DNA from: Laetmonice hystrix | Taxonomy: Eukaryota | DNA: 64,000 nt | Reading direction: 5' to 3' | NCBI GenBank assembly: GCA_965235115.1 | Contig: OZ249436.1 | Location: 42,782,001 to 42,846,000 of the forward strand | Part shown: in pieces, positions 45,805-60,332 of the stretch | Position numbering within the stretch: position 1 is the first letter of the stretch | Layout: each line of letters starts with the position of its first letter | Program-made: the position numbers and the translations under genes | The notes under the pieces: model-generated | Databases searched by the model: none | The model's input: only the letters and a program-made list of their open reading frames with translations | Told to the model about the DNA's origin: nothing

Positions 45805-47224
45805 GTATGTGGGACTTTACTTCTAGTGCTGCATCTACCTCTAGGCTTGCTGCATCGTTCACAGACAGTGCTGTTGGCATTTGTTTATGATTGCATCACC
45901 GATGCTCATAGTGAAATTATGATTGTGTGCATGTTTGCTTGCCCTGTCAACAGTCTCACTTTGCTTGAGTTGTGGTATGCTTAGTTACCAAAGTAAACAC
46001 TATGTTTTACTGTGTACCACACAGCTCTTATTAAGTTACCCTTGTATTACCCAATTTACAAACGATGCCCCAGGCATGATTACTCCAGTTATAAATACTT
46101 GTGTATATATGAACCATGATTACTACCACTGAACCATGATTACTACCACTGCCGCAATCGTCTAGGAAGATATCCCCATGAAGATTGGAGTATTCTGAGA
46201 AACTTCACTGTTTGGAGATTCCATTACTTATGAAAAAGACAAAAGAAATCAGGCTTCCTTTTGAGACGACAAATTGACGTGCACCCCTACTGGACAAGTT
46301 TACATTAAAGTTCTCATGGGATTTTTTTATTACTAGGAGCTTCCTCGGCCCAACAGTCACGCCCTATCCAAGAATGTCCCATATTTATCAGCAACCCCAT
46401 ATCATCTCAAGGGATTACGGTATTAGCGTGCACTATAAGGAAGGACAGACTCCATAATGTCCAAGTCTGCAATGGATACCAAAAGTGATATTGATAGCAA
46501 GTTGGTGATCCATGGAATGGTTGCTTGAAGAGGGACCAAATCTCTAGGTCAATGTTAGCAGAAATACCTGGCAGATTGACAGCAGTGTTTTTATATATTG
46601 GAGCGATGTTGAAGCCGAATTATTAGTTTTAAACAGTGAGGTATACTACCCTGGATTATAATGTGCATGGTTGTAGTTTTCTGTTTTAGCCTTGATGATA
46701 AAATCGATCATTTGAGCATGAGAGGAAGGAGAGTAGTAAGAATTGAATGAGCATGTGGTGAATGCTGTAAGTCTGGGATAATTTATGTTAGTGTGAGGTC
46801 CCCAAACCTGACAGGTTTCCCTTCAAACCTCTCCCCGCAATGTTAGAGATTGTAGGTCACGTGGGGTGCTCCCATTGAGAATATGTTATTAAATGTTACT
46901 CAGCACATATAATCAAGCTTGTACACGTATAGATGTAACTTTATGGGAAACACAAGAGATTGTACATGAGTTTATTATCCCTGTAGTATTCCAAATGTGT
47001 TCAATATATACCATCTACATTTCAAGTTCAAATGATGATATTGTGTGGATAGAATCTATGGTTGTTTTAGTAGAGAGATTCCTTTACTAAACATGCAGGT
47101 TTCTAGATTCTCACTAGAAGTAAGTACAGAGGCGCAGAATTTAGGCAGTTCCCACATATCTATAGATAGCAAACCAACAAGAGATTAAGCCGTGTTCCAG
47201 AGCTGTGTATGCTTGGCAATTATT

Positions 47225-47743
47225 GTTCTAACAGTTTATCATGTAATGAGGACCGGGTTCTAACCGTTTATCATGTACTGAGGACTGGGTTCCAACCGTT
47301 TATCATGTAATAAGGACTGGGTTCCAACCGTTTATCATGTAATAAGGACTGGGTTCTAACAGTTTATCATGTAATAAGGACTGGGTTCTAACCGTTTATC
47401 ATGTACTGAGGACTGGGTTCTAACAGTTTATCATGTAATAAGGACTGGGTTCCAACCGTTTATCATGTAATAAGGACTGGGTTCATAACAGTTTATCATG
47501 TAATAAGGACTGGGTTCCAACCGTTTATCATGTAATAAGGACTGGGTTCTAACCGTTTATCATGTAATAAGGACTGGGTTCCAACAGTTTATCATGTACT
47601 GAGGACTGGGTTCCAACAGTTTATCATGTAATAAGGACTGGGTTCCAACCGTTTATCATGTAATATTAGGACTAGGTTCCAACCGTTTATCATGTACTGA
47701 GGACTGGGTTCCAACCGTTTATCATGTAATAAGGACTGGGTTC
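47225..47743. repeat. 32-bp minisatellite, ~16 copies
   Basis: Unit gttccaaccgtttatcatgtaataaggactgg. Confidence 0.93.
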
Positions 47744-49296
47744 CCATGATGAAGAGACACATTCAGAACTAGCTGATTCCATAATAGCAAGATTTCCTGT
47801 TATTGAAGCCAGATCGCCTGGCCTGCCTCCCAGCGGCAGACGGGTACACTATAATCATATGATCCTAACAAAGGTTAATGTGGTGGCATGATGCTGATGG
47901 CACTAGATCACAGATTCTACAATTCATTCCGTAACCTTTTCCTCTGAACATTCTAGTCAGGTTTCCAGCCCTTACGGTAATTTGTTAACTTGTTGCAACC
48001 TCTTGAGGCTAGACCATTGTATTATAATGAAAAACAAAAACGGATTTTTGTATTAAAAGTACGTGGTGTATTTCATGCATCAAAGTCAAGGTGGTGTTAG
48101 TGTGTCTTTATAATGATGTTTGACAGGAAATTGTCAAATAGTCGCGGTGGAAGACATAAATAATTTAGGTTAAGTTTTAAATTTAGTTTGATGAAGTTTA
48201 TAAACCTTGCCCCCGGGTACACTCTGCCTGCAGACTGCCCTACTCAAGCTGCCAACCCGGTGTTTTCAAACTGAGTCCCCTTGGGAATATGAATCCACAT
48301 ATATAGAAATACCAAAGTTACTGGACCGAAGTCAATTTGTTACTTTATGTTAGGTCAACTTCTTGAATAATCTGAGTAGCACTAACCAGTAACCTAGACC
48401 ACGTCAGTATAATACGCACTCGTTTTTCTGTCTTACGATTGCTTTATTCTCTCGATGGTTTTAATTGTGCACAATTAGTAGATCATTACTGTTACACACT
48501 TCACTCAATCATCTTCTACGACAGACTCTCACTAACTCAGGGCTTACTCAGTTACTGCGGAAATGTACTTTAGTAAAATAATTGCAATATTAAAGGACTG
48601 AGATTCATATCAGATTAAATTCCTGCGAATTGGGAGGAAATTATTGCCATGGTTATAAAAGGTTGCATGTCGTAAAGACATTTTGAACATCAAAGACATG
48701 CATCAGGTGTTAATGAACTGTTTCTTGATTTCTTTTCTTTTATTTCAAAATCTGTTCGTGTCAATGTCAATACTTTTATCTTTTTGGATTATTTTTTACT
48801 ATTTGCCCGTTTTAACAGATTATTTAAACCCTTACCCTGAGAGGTTTTGGTTGTTCCGATGTAAAGGTGGGATTTTGATATCTTGTCTACGATCCCTCTT
48901 TAAATATGCCACGTCCTCCTAGCGGATTGATATCAAACAATTCGGTGAGTGACATTGGTCGGTCCCTCGGTGTCCACGTGATCCGCCAGGTTGACCTCTG
49001 TGACCTGGGACCACACACCCGATCTCCGCCACATTGACCAGGGCGACACCTGGTGGTGTGGGGAAACAAGAGGCTCGCAGCCTCCGGTGGCAGCGTGCTG
49101 TGGGCAAACCAAGGAGTGGTTTTAGTATTATATTTTTATGTTTTTCTTGTCTTTGTGGAAATAATCTCTGTCTCTGAGTGTGTCAGGGAAACACTCGATG
49201 TTCCTGTAACAGGGGTGGAAGCAATCCCTGTCTCTGGGTGTGCCAGGAATGGAAACACTCTACCTCTGTCAGGAATGGAAACGGTCCCCGCCTCCG

Positions 49297-50899
49297 TGTG
49301 TGTCAAGTGGACTCAACAGTCAGTCTCTGGGTGTGTCAAGTGGAAACAGTCCCTGTCTCTGGGTGTGTCAAGTGGAAACAGTCCCTGTCTCTGGGTGTGT
49401 CAAGTGGAAACAGTCCCTGTCTCTGGGTGTGTCAAGTGGAAACAGTCCCTGTCTCTGGGTGTGTCAAGTGGAAACAGTCCCTGTCTCTGGGTGTGTCAAG
49501 TGGAAACAGTCCCTGTCTGTGTGTGTGACAGGCATGGAAACACTTCCTGTCTTTGTGACAGGAGTGGAAACACTTCCTGTCTATGTGACAGGAGTGGAAA
49601 CACTTCCTGTCTCTGTGACAGGAGTGGAAACACTCCCTGTCTCTGTGACAGGAGTGGAAACACTTCCTGTCTCTGTGACAGGAGTGGAAACACGTCCTGT
49701 CTCTGTGACAGGAGTGGAAACACTCCCTGTCTCTGTGACAGGAGTGGAAACACTTCCTGTCTCTGTGACAGGAGTGGAAACACGTCCTGTCTCTGTGACA
49801 GGAGTGGAAACACGTCCTGTCTCTGTGACAGGAGTGGAAACACTTCCTGTCTCTGTGACAGGAGTGGAAACACGTCCTGTCTCTGTGACAGGAGTGGAAA
49901 CACTTCCTGTCTCTGTGACAGGTGTGGAAACACTCCCTGTCTCTGTGACAGGAGTGGAAACACTCCCTGTCTCTGTGACAGGAGTGGAAACACTTCCTGT
50001 CTCTGTGACAGGAGTGGAAACACTCCCTGTCTCTGTGACAGGAGTGGAAACACTTCCTGTCTATGTGACAGGAGTGGAAACACTTCCTGTCTCTGTGACA
50101 GGAGTGGAAACACTCCCTGTCTCTGTGACAGGAGTGGAAACACTTCCTGTCTCTGTGACAGGAGTGGGAACACTCCCTGTCTCTGTGACAGGAGTGGAAA
50201 CACGTCCTGTCTCTGTGACAGGAGTGGAAACACGTCCTGTCCATGTGACAGGAGTGGAAACACTTCCTGTCTCTGTGACAGGAGTGGAAACACTTCCTGT
50301 CTCTGTGACAGGAGTGGAAACATTTCCTGTCTCTGTGACAGGAGTGGAAACACTTCCTGTCTCTGTGACAGGAGTGGAAACACTTCCTGTCTCTGTGACA
50401 GGAGTGGGAACACTCCCTGTCTCTGTGACAGGAGTGGAAACACTTCCTGTCTCTGTGACAGGAGTGGAAACACTCCCCGTCTCTGTGACAGGTGTGGAAA
50501 CACTTCCTGTCTCTGTGACAGGAGTGGGAACACTCCCTGTCTCTGTGACAGGAGTGCGAACACTCCCTTTCTCTGTGACAGGAGTGGGGACACTTCCTGT
50601 CTCTGTGACAGGAGTGGAAACACTTCCTGTCTCTGTGACAGGAGTGGAAACACTTCCTGTCTCTGTGACAGGAGTGGGAACACTTCCTGTCTCTGTGACA
50701 GGAGTGGGAACACGTCCTGTCCCTGTGACAGGAGTGGAAACACTTCCTGTCCCTGTGACAGGAGTGGAAACACTTCCTGTCTCTGTGACAGGAGTGGAAA
50801 CACTTCCTCTGTCTGCGACAGGAGTGGAAACACTTCCTGTCTCTGTGACAGCAGTGGAAACACTTCCTGTCTATGTGACAGGAGTGGAAACACTTCCTG
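49297..50899 (+). repeat. Compound minisatellite: 32-bp units (~7) grading into 30-bp hairpin units (~46)
   Basis: gtgtgtcaagtggaaacagtccctgtctctgg, then gacaggagtggaaacacttcctgtctctgt. Confidence 0.95.
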
Positions 50900-51068
50900 G
50901 CCCTTGGTACGGACCCACGTTCCCTGTATTTCTTAACCGGAAATGAAATGACCTCGGACGTTCTGATTGGTATTTCCCGTCTCCAAGACGGTCGGGCAGA
51001 TCTTGGACTGACAACTGGCACGGGTTGAGGTGTGAGCCACTCGGTTTGAGATTTTCACAAACTTTTAC

Positions 51069-51257
51069 CAGGGCCTGATCCACTGGCCTGGACGGCCGGT
51101 CGATTTAGACATTTCACCGTTATGATTGGCCGTAAAATCAAAAATACGAATACATTCATGATTATATTTTCGGTGAGATCTGCATTCTTGATTTTTTTCC
51201 ACCACGGCCAACCATAGCAAAATCGGCCGGCCGGCCGGGCCAGTGGATCCGACCCTT
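51069..51257. mobile_element. MITE with ~35-bp imperfect TIR
   Basis: CAGGGCCTGATCCACTGGCC..CGGCCGGTCGATTT vs right end AAATCGGCCGGCCGGCCGGGCCAGTGGATCCGACCCT. Confidence 0.7.
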
Positions 51258-52729
51258 TGTAAAACAACCAGCAATGTTTTTTCCCGCCGTTAAACCAGAC
51301 GTATTCCATAATGATATAATGTCAGTAATGATTCATGGCTCAACTCGCCATAATTTTCTTCTCTAGAGATGAATTTTTCAGGTTTTCCATCAGCTATATA
51401 AATGTTTAAATGTTATTGGCTCCCCTTCGTCCACAGGTAGCATTGACTTTTAGCAATGATCAGATCGTTACTGAAACCTTCTCTATCATCAAACAACATT
51501 ATCAGTGCAATCTCTGTTAAATTGGTTTTAAGATTACGAGTACAGAGATGATTGCTCTGCATTGAAATCAGCAGCAAGTATTGCCCTGCGGATCGTGTAT
51601 GAGCTCATTAAAAATATAATGGTGGTGGGAATGACTCAGGGCAGGTAAATTAGAGATCAGATTAAATAGCGTTCTAAATTTCAGCGTATGACGAAAGGTA
51701 TTATTATTATTATCGACATGTTGAAGGACACGGGCAGACGCCATGTTGTTACGTGACGCCGCTCAGGTTGATCTAGTTACCCAGAGTGCACCATTCTGTG
51801 CGTTTCCGGCCGACGTGAGCCTGTTAGCTGGTGCTGTCGTCATATCCTTGAGCTGGGAGCAGTGTTCAAGCTCTGCCTTCAGCAGTAATACTGCAGACGA
51901 GATCTTGTTGAGCTGATGGCGCTGGTGAAAACGTCACCACAACTTTGAAGGTGATATTACAAAGATGTCAAATGTTGCTGACTGCTTGGTGCCTACGAGG
52001 GGCAACACAACATGAGATGTTCAAAAAGATTTTGTTTTTCACCTGGAGGCCGGTTTCTCATCAGAATAATATGGCCGCCACTTACTAATGAGGTTTTGGT
52101 CTTTCTGTCACAAGGCAGTCCATTTATCAAAGATCAGAGGTCGCAGCATGTCGGCTTTGTGGGAACCTAAACAGGAGATGAAGACCTTTTCTGGCGAAGA
52201 CAAGGATGCTTCATAGATGCTATCACTAGTCCTCGCCCCAAACCTAACGTTAAACCTAAATACCGGTCACAAGACCCCCCCCCCCCCAAACAAAAAAAAA
52301 AGAGAGAAAAACCTTAGGATACGAAGATACTGATAAATCTCTGATAACTCTGAAACGTCATCGGTTTAGTTTAAGGAGCAGATTGCGGGACGAGCACCAC
52401 TCAGTCAGTTTGCAGTAAATCCCAGGGTTGTCAGCCTTCCATGTCGTTTTCAAACCTGGGGGGGGGGGGTGTTCAGGGATTTACCAAGACACGCATTCAT
52501 AGAATCGTGTTTGAGGATGACTTGAATCAATGTAAAATTTTAGCTGTAGAGTTGTGACAAAGATCCATACCAATTTGCAGGAGTCGCGGGCAAAAGGTTG
52601 AGCCGTGCATGCCTGACAACTGGTTCTGATCGTTCACCCAGTCATTGCGTGTGGCGATTTGTACAGGCTAGTTTGACTGATGTGTGCAGCGGGAACCAGG
52701 GTTGGGAGAAGGCGGTTCGCTTTTCTTCT

Positions 52730-53497
52730 GCATCAACCCTGCCCCAAACCTGGACCAGCTCTGCCCCAAACCTGGACCAACCCAGCCCCAAACCTGGACC
52801 AACTCTGCCCCAAACCTGGACCAACTCTCTGGCCCAAACCTGGACCAACTCTGCCCCAAACCTGGACCAACTCTGGCCCAAACCTGGACCAACCCTGCCC
52901 CAAACCTGCATCAACCCTGCATCAACCCTGCCCCAAACCTGGACCAACCCTGCCCCAAACCTGGACCAACTCTCTGGACCAAGCCTGCCCCAAACCTGGA
53001 CCAACCCTGCCCCAAACCTGGACTAACCCTGCCCCAAACCTGGACCAACTCTGCCCCAAACCTGGACCAACTCTCTGGCCCAAACCTGGACCAACCCTGC
53101 CCCAAACCTGGACCAAGCCTGCCCCAAGCCTGGACCAACCCTGCCCCAAGCCTGCATCAACCCTGCATCAACTCTGCCCCAAACCTGCATCAACCCTGCA
53201 TCAACCCTGCCCCAAACCTGCATCAACCCTGCATCAACCCTGCCCCAAACCTGGACCAACCCTGCCCCAAACCTGGACCAACTCTCTGGACCAACCCTGC
53301 CCCAAACCTGGACCAACCCTGCCCCAAGCCTGGACCAACCCTGCCCTAAACCTGCATCAACCCTGCCCCAGACCTGCATTAACCCTGCCCCAAACCTGGA
53401 CAAACTGCCCCAAACCTGGCCCAACCCTGCACCAAGCCTGCCCCAAACCTGGACAAACTGCCCCAAACCTGGTCCAACTCAGCCCCAACCCTGCATC
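52730..53497. repeat. Complex ~23-bp C-rich minisatellite built from 11-12-bp modules
   Basis: Shuffled ccaaacctgga / ccaaccctgcc / tcaaccctgca modules. Confidence 0.9.
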
Positions 53498-53566
53498 AAA
53501 ATTAACCCACATGACGGAATCGTCCCCCGATAGTCGCAGCAACTTGCTATCACACTCAGTGAAAGA

Positions 53567-53787
53567 CATCCACACCTGAAATCATTGGTCCATTACAACC
53601 ACAACCACACCTGAAATCATTGGACCATTACAACCACATCCACACCTGAAATCATTGGTCCATTACAACCACATCCACACCTGAAATCATTGGTCCATTA
53701 CAATCACATCCACACCTGAAATCATGGGTCCATTACAACCACATCCACACTTGAAATCATTGGTCCATTACAACCACATCCACACCT
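53567..53787. repeat. 35-bp minisatellite, ~6 copies
   Basis: Unit cacacctgaaatcattggtccattacaaccacatc. Confidence 0.9.
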
Positions 53788-54624
53788 GCTCACCACTGAC
53801 GTACTTTATGGCACTGATTGTTTTTCATATTGATTCTGTTAACACATACTACGAGTAGACAGCTGTGAAATTCTCCCTAATGTGGAAAAATGAATAAAAC
53901 TAGCTGCAGTGTCCGCAAAGTGCGGTGAATCCGCCATCGAAGTAAATAACAAATAAATAAATAAACAAATAAATAAATAAATAAGTAAATAACAAATCTA
54001 TAAAATGATATTGGGACTATAATGGCCCATCCGCCGATCGTGGAATTTTTTTTTACAAAATACCGGCCAAAGCTACATAAACAGGTATAGGGGACCTTTG
54101 GGGCATATCGGAGAACCGCAATGCAGACATATTTTTGCTAAAACACGACGTATTATTTGAAATTCGTGATATATTACCTTTAAGGAAGGACTACACCCGA
54201 CCATAAATAATGCGTTATATTCCTGTTACTCCACCTTATACTCCTATACTAACTGGACAGACCTATACTATGTCCAGTTATTTATAGTCCATAGCTAGCA
54301 AAATCGAAATTAAAACGTTGATAAATACGTTCTTAATGCATGCATTAGGTGCAGTGCCCCTTTAATGATGCTAAGTCTAAGCGACTGTGACGATAACCTC
54401 AATGAGTCAGTGATCTTATGCTGACATATCGAGAAGAATCATCTAAAGAACCATCGTGTAGACATTGTCCCTCAGCCCAGACAGTCCGACCGGAGCCGTC
54501 CGCAGCTGTGTCAGTATCAGTTTCCCCGCCATTAGCAAACCTAAAACAGGAAGTCGGTAACAGTAACCTGATGGTGATGTGTCTTTGGTCGGCCGACATA
54601 TAATTGGAGGTCAAGATGGGTGAG

Positions 54625-54980
54625 CCAATCAACGCCTCAGACTCAGAGAGAGGTCGATGGTTTAACCAATCACCGCCTCAGACTCAGAGAGAGGTCGGTT
54701 AGATGGTTGAACCAATCACCGCCTCAGACTCAGAGAGAGGTCGATTAGATGGTTGAACCAATCACCGCATCAGACTCAGAGAGAGGTCGATTAGATGGTT
54801 GAACCAGTCACCGCCTCAGACTCAGAGAGAGGTCGGTTAGATGGTTGAACCAATCACCGCCTCAGACTCAGAGAGAGGTCGATTAGATGGTTGAACCAAT
54901 CACCGCCTCAGACTCAGAGAGAGGTCGATTAGATGGTTGAACCAATCACCGCCTCAGACTCAGAGAGAGGTCGATTAGAT
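54625..54980. repeat. 46-bp minisatellite, ~8 copies
   Basis: Unit ccaatcaccgcctcagactcagagagaggtcgattagatggttgaa. Confidence 0.9.
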
Positions 54981-55832
54981 GTACCTGATCTATAGTTAGC
55001 TAGCTAGAGTCGGAAAAAACGCCTATATGGCAAGCACGTGCGATAACCTGCCATATCTTAGGCACATGTACGCCACTGGCTGCAGTACACCGTACACAAG
55101 ACTGAATATGTCTTTGAACTGGTACGACACTCATCGTCCATGACTTGAGGAGAGGTTCAGTCTCCGACCCTCAGACCTCACCCACCCACCCCAACCCCAG
55201 GGTGTTTGATCCATGGGCAAGGACAGCCCATACATCATTGAATCAACATCTGTAATCAACTGTCAATTATTCGACCAGTCTGAGATGCTGAATTTCTTCC
55301 CACTGGGCCAAAGTCAGAGGGCAGTTTATTATTCGAACGTCAAGCTATTGCGACTCATTTTGTTGCTGAGAAATGGGGCCAGCCTTTACTTTATGGGTGA
55401 AAAATACGTCTCTTTGCAACGATAGTATACCACTGTGGATAATGACTTGGTGGAGGTTTTTGAGATTGGAAAAAACGGTGTTTGTGATTAATTAAGGATT
55501 CCTGCCAGGACAGCGTGACCTTTGACTTGACCTTCATCAGATCGCCTCCTCGGACAGTTCGAGTCGAGCGGTTGGACCATAAAAACGGTGATGAAGTGAC
55601 GTTTAAACATGTTTGTGTATGTGAAGATATTTCGCCTTGGGCAAGCATATGTAAGCCAACATGTCCTTGTCAGAAGCGGTAGGTATTAGGCTTGAGTACT
55701 AACTAGTCAAGTTTTTTGGGAAAAACCCGGACCCTAGTCGTTGTTAAGAGTTCGGTGTTTCGTATATACAAGAGTGGAAATAGGGAGTTGACTGACGGGC
55801 ACCTTGGTCATAGCATAGATCAAGTACAGTAA

Positions 55833-56352
55833 AGTAGCTCTCACACTTGCACGTAGTCAGCGCCGTAGTGTGCCGTAATCATTACGTGAGACTTTCGTGA
55901 GAATACGTGACAGTTATTAGGGGTTAGTACGTAGTACTACGTAATCTCTATGTAATCGCATGTAACACTACGTAATCTCGCGTAATGCTACGTAGATATC
56001 TTGAGATTTGAGGTGAGATATTTTGTAGCGTCGTTTTTTTGTGACTGCACTAACTTTACATGGCATTACGTGAGACATTACGTAGGATTACTACATGAGA
56101 ATACGTGATGCCATGTCCACGTAATACTAATACGTAATACTACGTAATCTCACGTAATGCTACGTACAATGGCTACGTAATCCAGAAAATTTTGAACATG
56201 TTGAAAACCTCCCGTATTCTCACGTATTGCCCCTCGCCTCCCGTACTCTCACGTAATGCTCACGTAATGCTCAAGTACTCACCTCCCGTAATTCCACGTA
56301 TTAGTGTTACGTGAGATTACGGTGCCGACTACGTGCAAATGTGAGAGCTACT
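55833..56352. mobile_element. PIF/Harbinger (Tourist-like) MITE with TAA TSD
   Basis: ~35-bp TIR AGTAGCTCTCACAYTTGCACGTAGTCRGCRCCGTA; TAA at 55830-55832 and 56353-56355; interior rich in ACGTAAT/ATTACGT. Confidence 0.85.
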
Positions 56353-57466
56353 TAACATTTTTTCAGAACGTGGGCGTCAGAACGGGCACAACGTGGCGGC
56401 CAAAACGTGACACTCTGCATTAGTAGGCCTACTTGCTCATAATAGCTGGCCTCCCAAGGCCGGGGGAGGGCGGGGGGCTGTGTAAATCTGAGGAAAAAAT
56501 GTTCCAAAGCTGTTGACAGACCTGCCTTTACCCCAGCGTTGGGTCCCTGATTTTTTAAAGCCCCCCCCCCCAACCCCACACCCACCCCCACCCTTGAGAT
56601 TGAACTATACCAACGTGACCTCCAGCTGTTATTTGGAAGGCGGTGGGGCACAGTTTGCTCTTTATGACCTCCGACCGTGGGTGTCTATTACTGAAGTGAT
56701 AGGTCATGTATACTTTGAATGATTAGAAAGGGGTGAGCTATAGGAACGTCTGCACATGGCTGTAGAAGGCGTCTAGTTCCCTCTCAAGGTCAGAACAATC
56801 TGTCGACTGTACATAATCCTTTGACCTCGCTGTCTCTCCATTGGCCGAGTAGAACCAAAGATATTGACGTTTTTTCGGCAGTGTGTGCCTGGTGCCATTT
56901 GAACCCCTTTAGTTGTCTAGGATAACAAGACGCTATTTTACTTTGAGGTCTCTGACATCAGACCGTCCATCCCTGTCCTGATGGGAGCGTCCATATATCA
57001 CGCAGTCCATATAATTGGCATGGAGGGGGAAGGACTACATCTTAAGGAAGAAGAAGAAGAAGAAGTCGTTTATAAGGCAATAAGACGCTATGTTTTACTT
57101 CCTTGCCCTGTTGTGACCGCCACCACCATCGATATGTGTGCGTTTCATAGTCCGATTGTAACCATAGCAATAGAATACACGTATCAAACATAAATGCTGG
57201 TAAAAATTCCATGTGTGCCATCTTGTGAATGAAAGGGCAATCCCTGATAACTTGTTAATTGATGGATACAAGGACTCCATAGTCCTGAGTGCACAGTCTG
57301 TGCACGCACTTGTCAGGAGTCCTGAGTGCACAGTCTGTGCACGCACAGTTTGTCAGGAAGACTTCTTTGAGGAGAGTGAAGGGGCCTCACTCTGAATGCA
57401 GGTTTGGAATTTGATATTAGGTAAGGAGTTGAATTCTAGCAATTCTTAGTCCACTGCTGACAAGTA

Positions 57467-57862
57467 ACACTGACACTATCTAACACTGACAGTATCTAAA
57501 ACTGACAGTATCTAACACTGACAGTATCTAACACTGACAGTATCTAACACTGACACTATCTAACACTGAGAATATCTAACACTGACAGTATCTAAACCTG
57601 ACAGTATCTAACACTGACAGTATCTAAAACTGGCAGTATCTAAAACTGACAGTATCTAACACTGACAGTAGCCTATCTAACACTGACAGTATCTAAAACT
57701 GACAGTATCTAAAACTGACAGTATCTAACACTGACAGTATCTAACACTGACAGTATCTAACACTGACAGTATCTAACACTGACAGTATCTAACACTGACA
57801 GTATCTAACACTGACAGTATCTAACACTGACAGTATCTAACACTGACAGTATCTAAAACTGA
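57467..57862. repeat. 16-bp minisatellite, ~25 copies
   Basis: Unit taacactgacagtatc. Confidence 0.93.
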
Positions 57863-58556
57863 AGAGAAAGTAAATCTTGGGTAGATTTAGCACGAAATTT
57901 GGTGGAAAGAGGTAACATCTATCACAATTCTGAGGCTTTAACCTATGCAAAAACCCTCCTGGGGGCTCAGACCTCTCAACATGCTTAACGCTCTCAGCCT
58001 CTATCACTAACCACAGATCCCGATTTCGTGGGAAGTTACTGTGGGGCAGTTACTGGAAGGTTTCCGATTGCGGCGGTAAGAATAATGCATTAGGGGTGTA
58101 CCGTTAAGTCAGGCTGGGTGTAACCGAGGCTGACTTCGGTTTAGTCTCCGTCTTTTCTGTCGCTTTTAGTGTGGAACGCAGGTTTCCAATTTTCAACCTC
58201 CAGACCAGAGATAGTACAGAATATATGATCTTATTTCCCCATCACAGAGGTTGAGAGTTGCTCAAAGTTTGGCCGTCTTACAACATGGCAGTGAATTCCC
58301 TTGGCAAGGAGCCGTCAACGTTAAGCCGATACACATTGTTTACTGAGTCTTCCCACATGGATTGCCTGCAGAAATGGCCAAACCAACCGTCAATTTATTG
58401 ACTAGATATGTCGCTCCGCCGAGTTGATTGTCACGTGAGGCAGGTAGGCCCGCCCTCTCGTGGCGGTCGTGGGAGGCGGGGCCGGGACCGGGAGCTGTCG
58501 GTGGGCACTCGATCTGTGGTCTGATACATGCTAATCATGGTCCCACTTCACTGGGC

Positions 58557-60332
58557 GTCAGGTCTGGGGACTGTAGATCACGGAGTTATGTCTGGGGACT
58601 GTAGATCATGATGGAGTCAGGTTTGGGGACTGTAGATCATGGAGTCAGGTCTGGGGACTGTAGATCATGATGGAGTCAGGTCTGGGCACTGTAGATCACG
58701 GAGTCAGGTCTGGGGACTGTAGATCACGGAGTCAGGTCTGGGGACTGTAGATCACGGAGTAAGGTCTGGGGACTGTAGATCACGGAGTCAGGTCTGGGGA
58801 CTGTAGATCACGGAGTCAGGTCTGGGGACTGTAGATCACGGAGTTATGTCTGGGGGCTGTAGATCATGATGGAGTCAGGTCTGGGGACTGTAGATCACAG
58901 AGTCAGGTCTGGGGACTGTAGATCATGGAGTCAGATCTGGGGGCTGTAGATCATGATGGAGTCAGGTCTGGGACTGTAGATCACGGAGTCAGATCTGGGG
59001 GCTGTAGATCATGATGGAGTCAGGTCTGGGAACTGTAGATCATGGAGTCAGATCTGGGGACTCTAGATCATGGAGTCAGGTCTGGGAACTGTAGGTCATG
59101 ATGGAGTCAGGTCTGGGGACTGTAGATCATGATGGAGTCAGGTCTGGGAACTGTTGATCATGGAGTCAGGTCTGGGGACTGTAGATCATGGAGTCAGGTC
59201 TGGGGACTGTAGATCACGGAGTCAGGTCTGGGACTGTAGATCACGGAGTGAGGTCTGGGACTGTAGATCAGGGAGTCAGGTCTGGGGACTGTAGATCACG
59301 GAGTCAGGTCTGGGAACTGTAGATCACGGAGTCAGGTCTGGGGACTGTAGATCATGGAGTCAGGTCTGGGACTGTAGATCACGGAGTCAGGTCTGGGGAC
59401 TGTAGATCATGGAGTCAGGTCTGGGGACTGTAGATCACGGAGTCAGGTCTGGGGACTGTAGATCACGGAGTCAGGTCTGGGGACTGTAGATCACGGAGTC
59501 AGGTCTGGGACTGTAGATCATGGAGTCAGGTCTAGGACTGTAGATTACGGAGTCAGGTCTGGGGACTGTAGATCACGGAGTCAGGTCTGGGGACTGTAGA
59601 TCACGGAGTCAGGTCTGGGGACTGTAGATCACGGAGTCAGGTCTGGGGACTGTGGATCATGGAGTCAGGTCTGGGGACTGTAGATCATGATGGAGTCAGG
59701 TCTGGGACTGTAGATCATGATGGAGTCAGGTCTGGGGACTGTAGATCACGGAGTCAGGTCTGGGGACTGTAGATCACGGAGTCAGGTCTGGGGACTGTAG
59801 ATCATGGAGTCAGGTCTGGGAACTGTAGATCACGGAGTCAGGTCTGGGAACTGTAGATCACGGAGTCAGGTCTGGGAACTGTAGATCACGGGGTCAGGTC
59901 TGGGGACTGTAGATCATGGAGTCAGGTCTGGGGACTGTAGACCATGGAGTCAGGTCTGGGACTGTAGATCACGGAGTCAGGTCTGGGGACTGTAGATCAC
60001 GGAGTCAGGTCTGGGACTGTAGATCACGGAGTCAGGTCTGGGGACTGTAGATCATGATGGAGTCAGGTCTGGGGACTGTAGATCACGGAGTCAGGTCTGG
60101 GGACTGTAGATCACGGAGTCAGGTCTGGGGACTGTAGATCACGGAGTCAGGTCTGGGGACTGTAGATCATGGAGTCAGGTCTGGGACTGTAGATCACGGA
60201 GTCAGGTCTAGGACTGTAGATTACGGAGTCAGGTCTGGGGACTGTAGATCACGGAGTCAGGTCTGGGGACTGTAGATCACGGAGTCAGGTCTGGGGACTG
60301 TAGATCACATCAGGTTTGGGGACTGTAGGTCA
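58557..60332. repeat. 28-bp minisatellite, ~60 copies
   Basis: Unit ggagtcaggtctggggactgtagatcac. Confidence 0.95.

Noticed and set aside
48819..48843. Possible exon 2 of the CACHD1-like gene (ttttaacag|AT TAT TTA AAC)
   Set aside because: Good acceptor, but weak donor and no recognisable family similarity.
49053..51021. Long ORFs (465-627 aa) in four frames on both strands
   Set aside because: By-products of a stop-free 30-bp repeat inside an intron; no domain or splice support.
52598..53579. Pro/Cys-rich ORFs resembling cornifin-type repeats
   Set aside because: Open in several frames on both strands because of the C-rich minisatellite; no gene signals.
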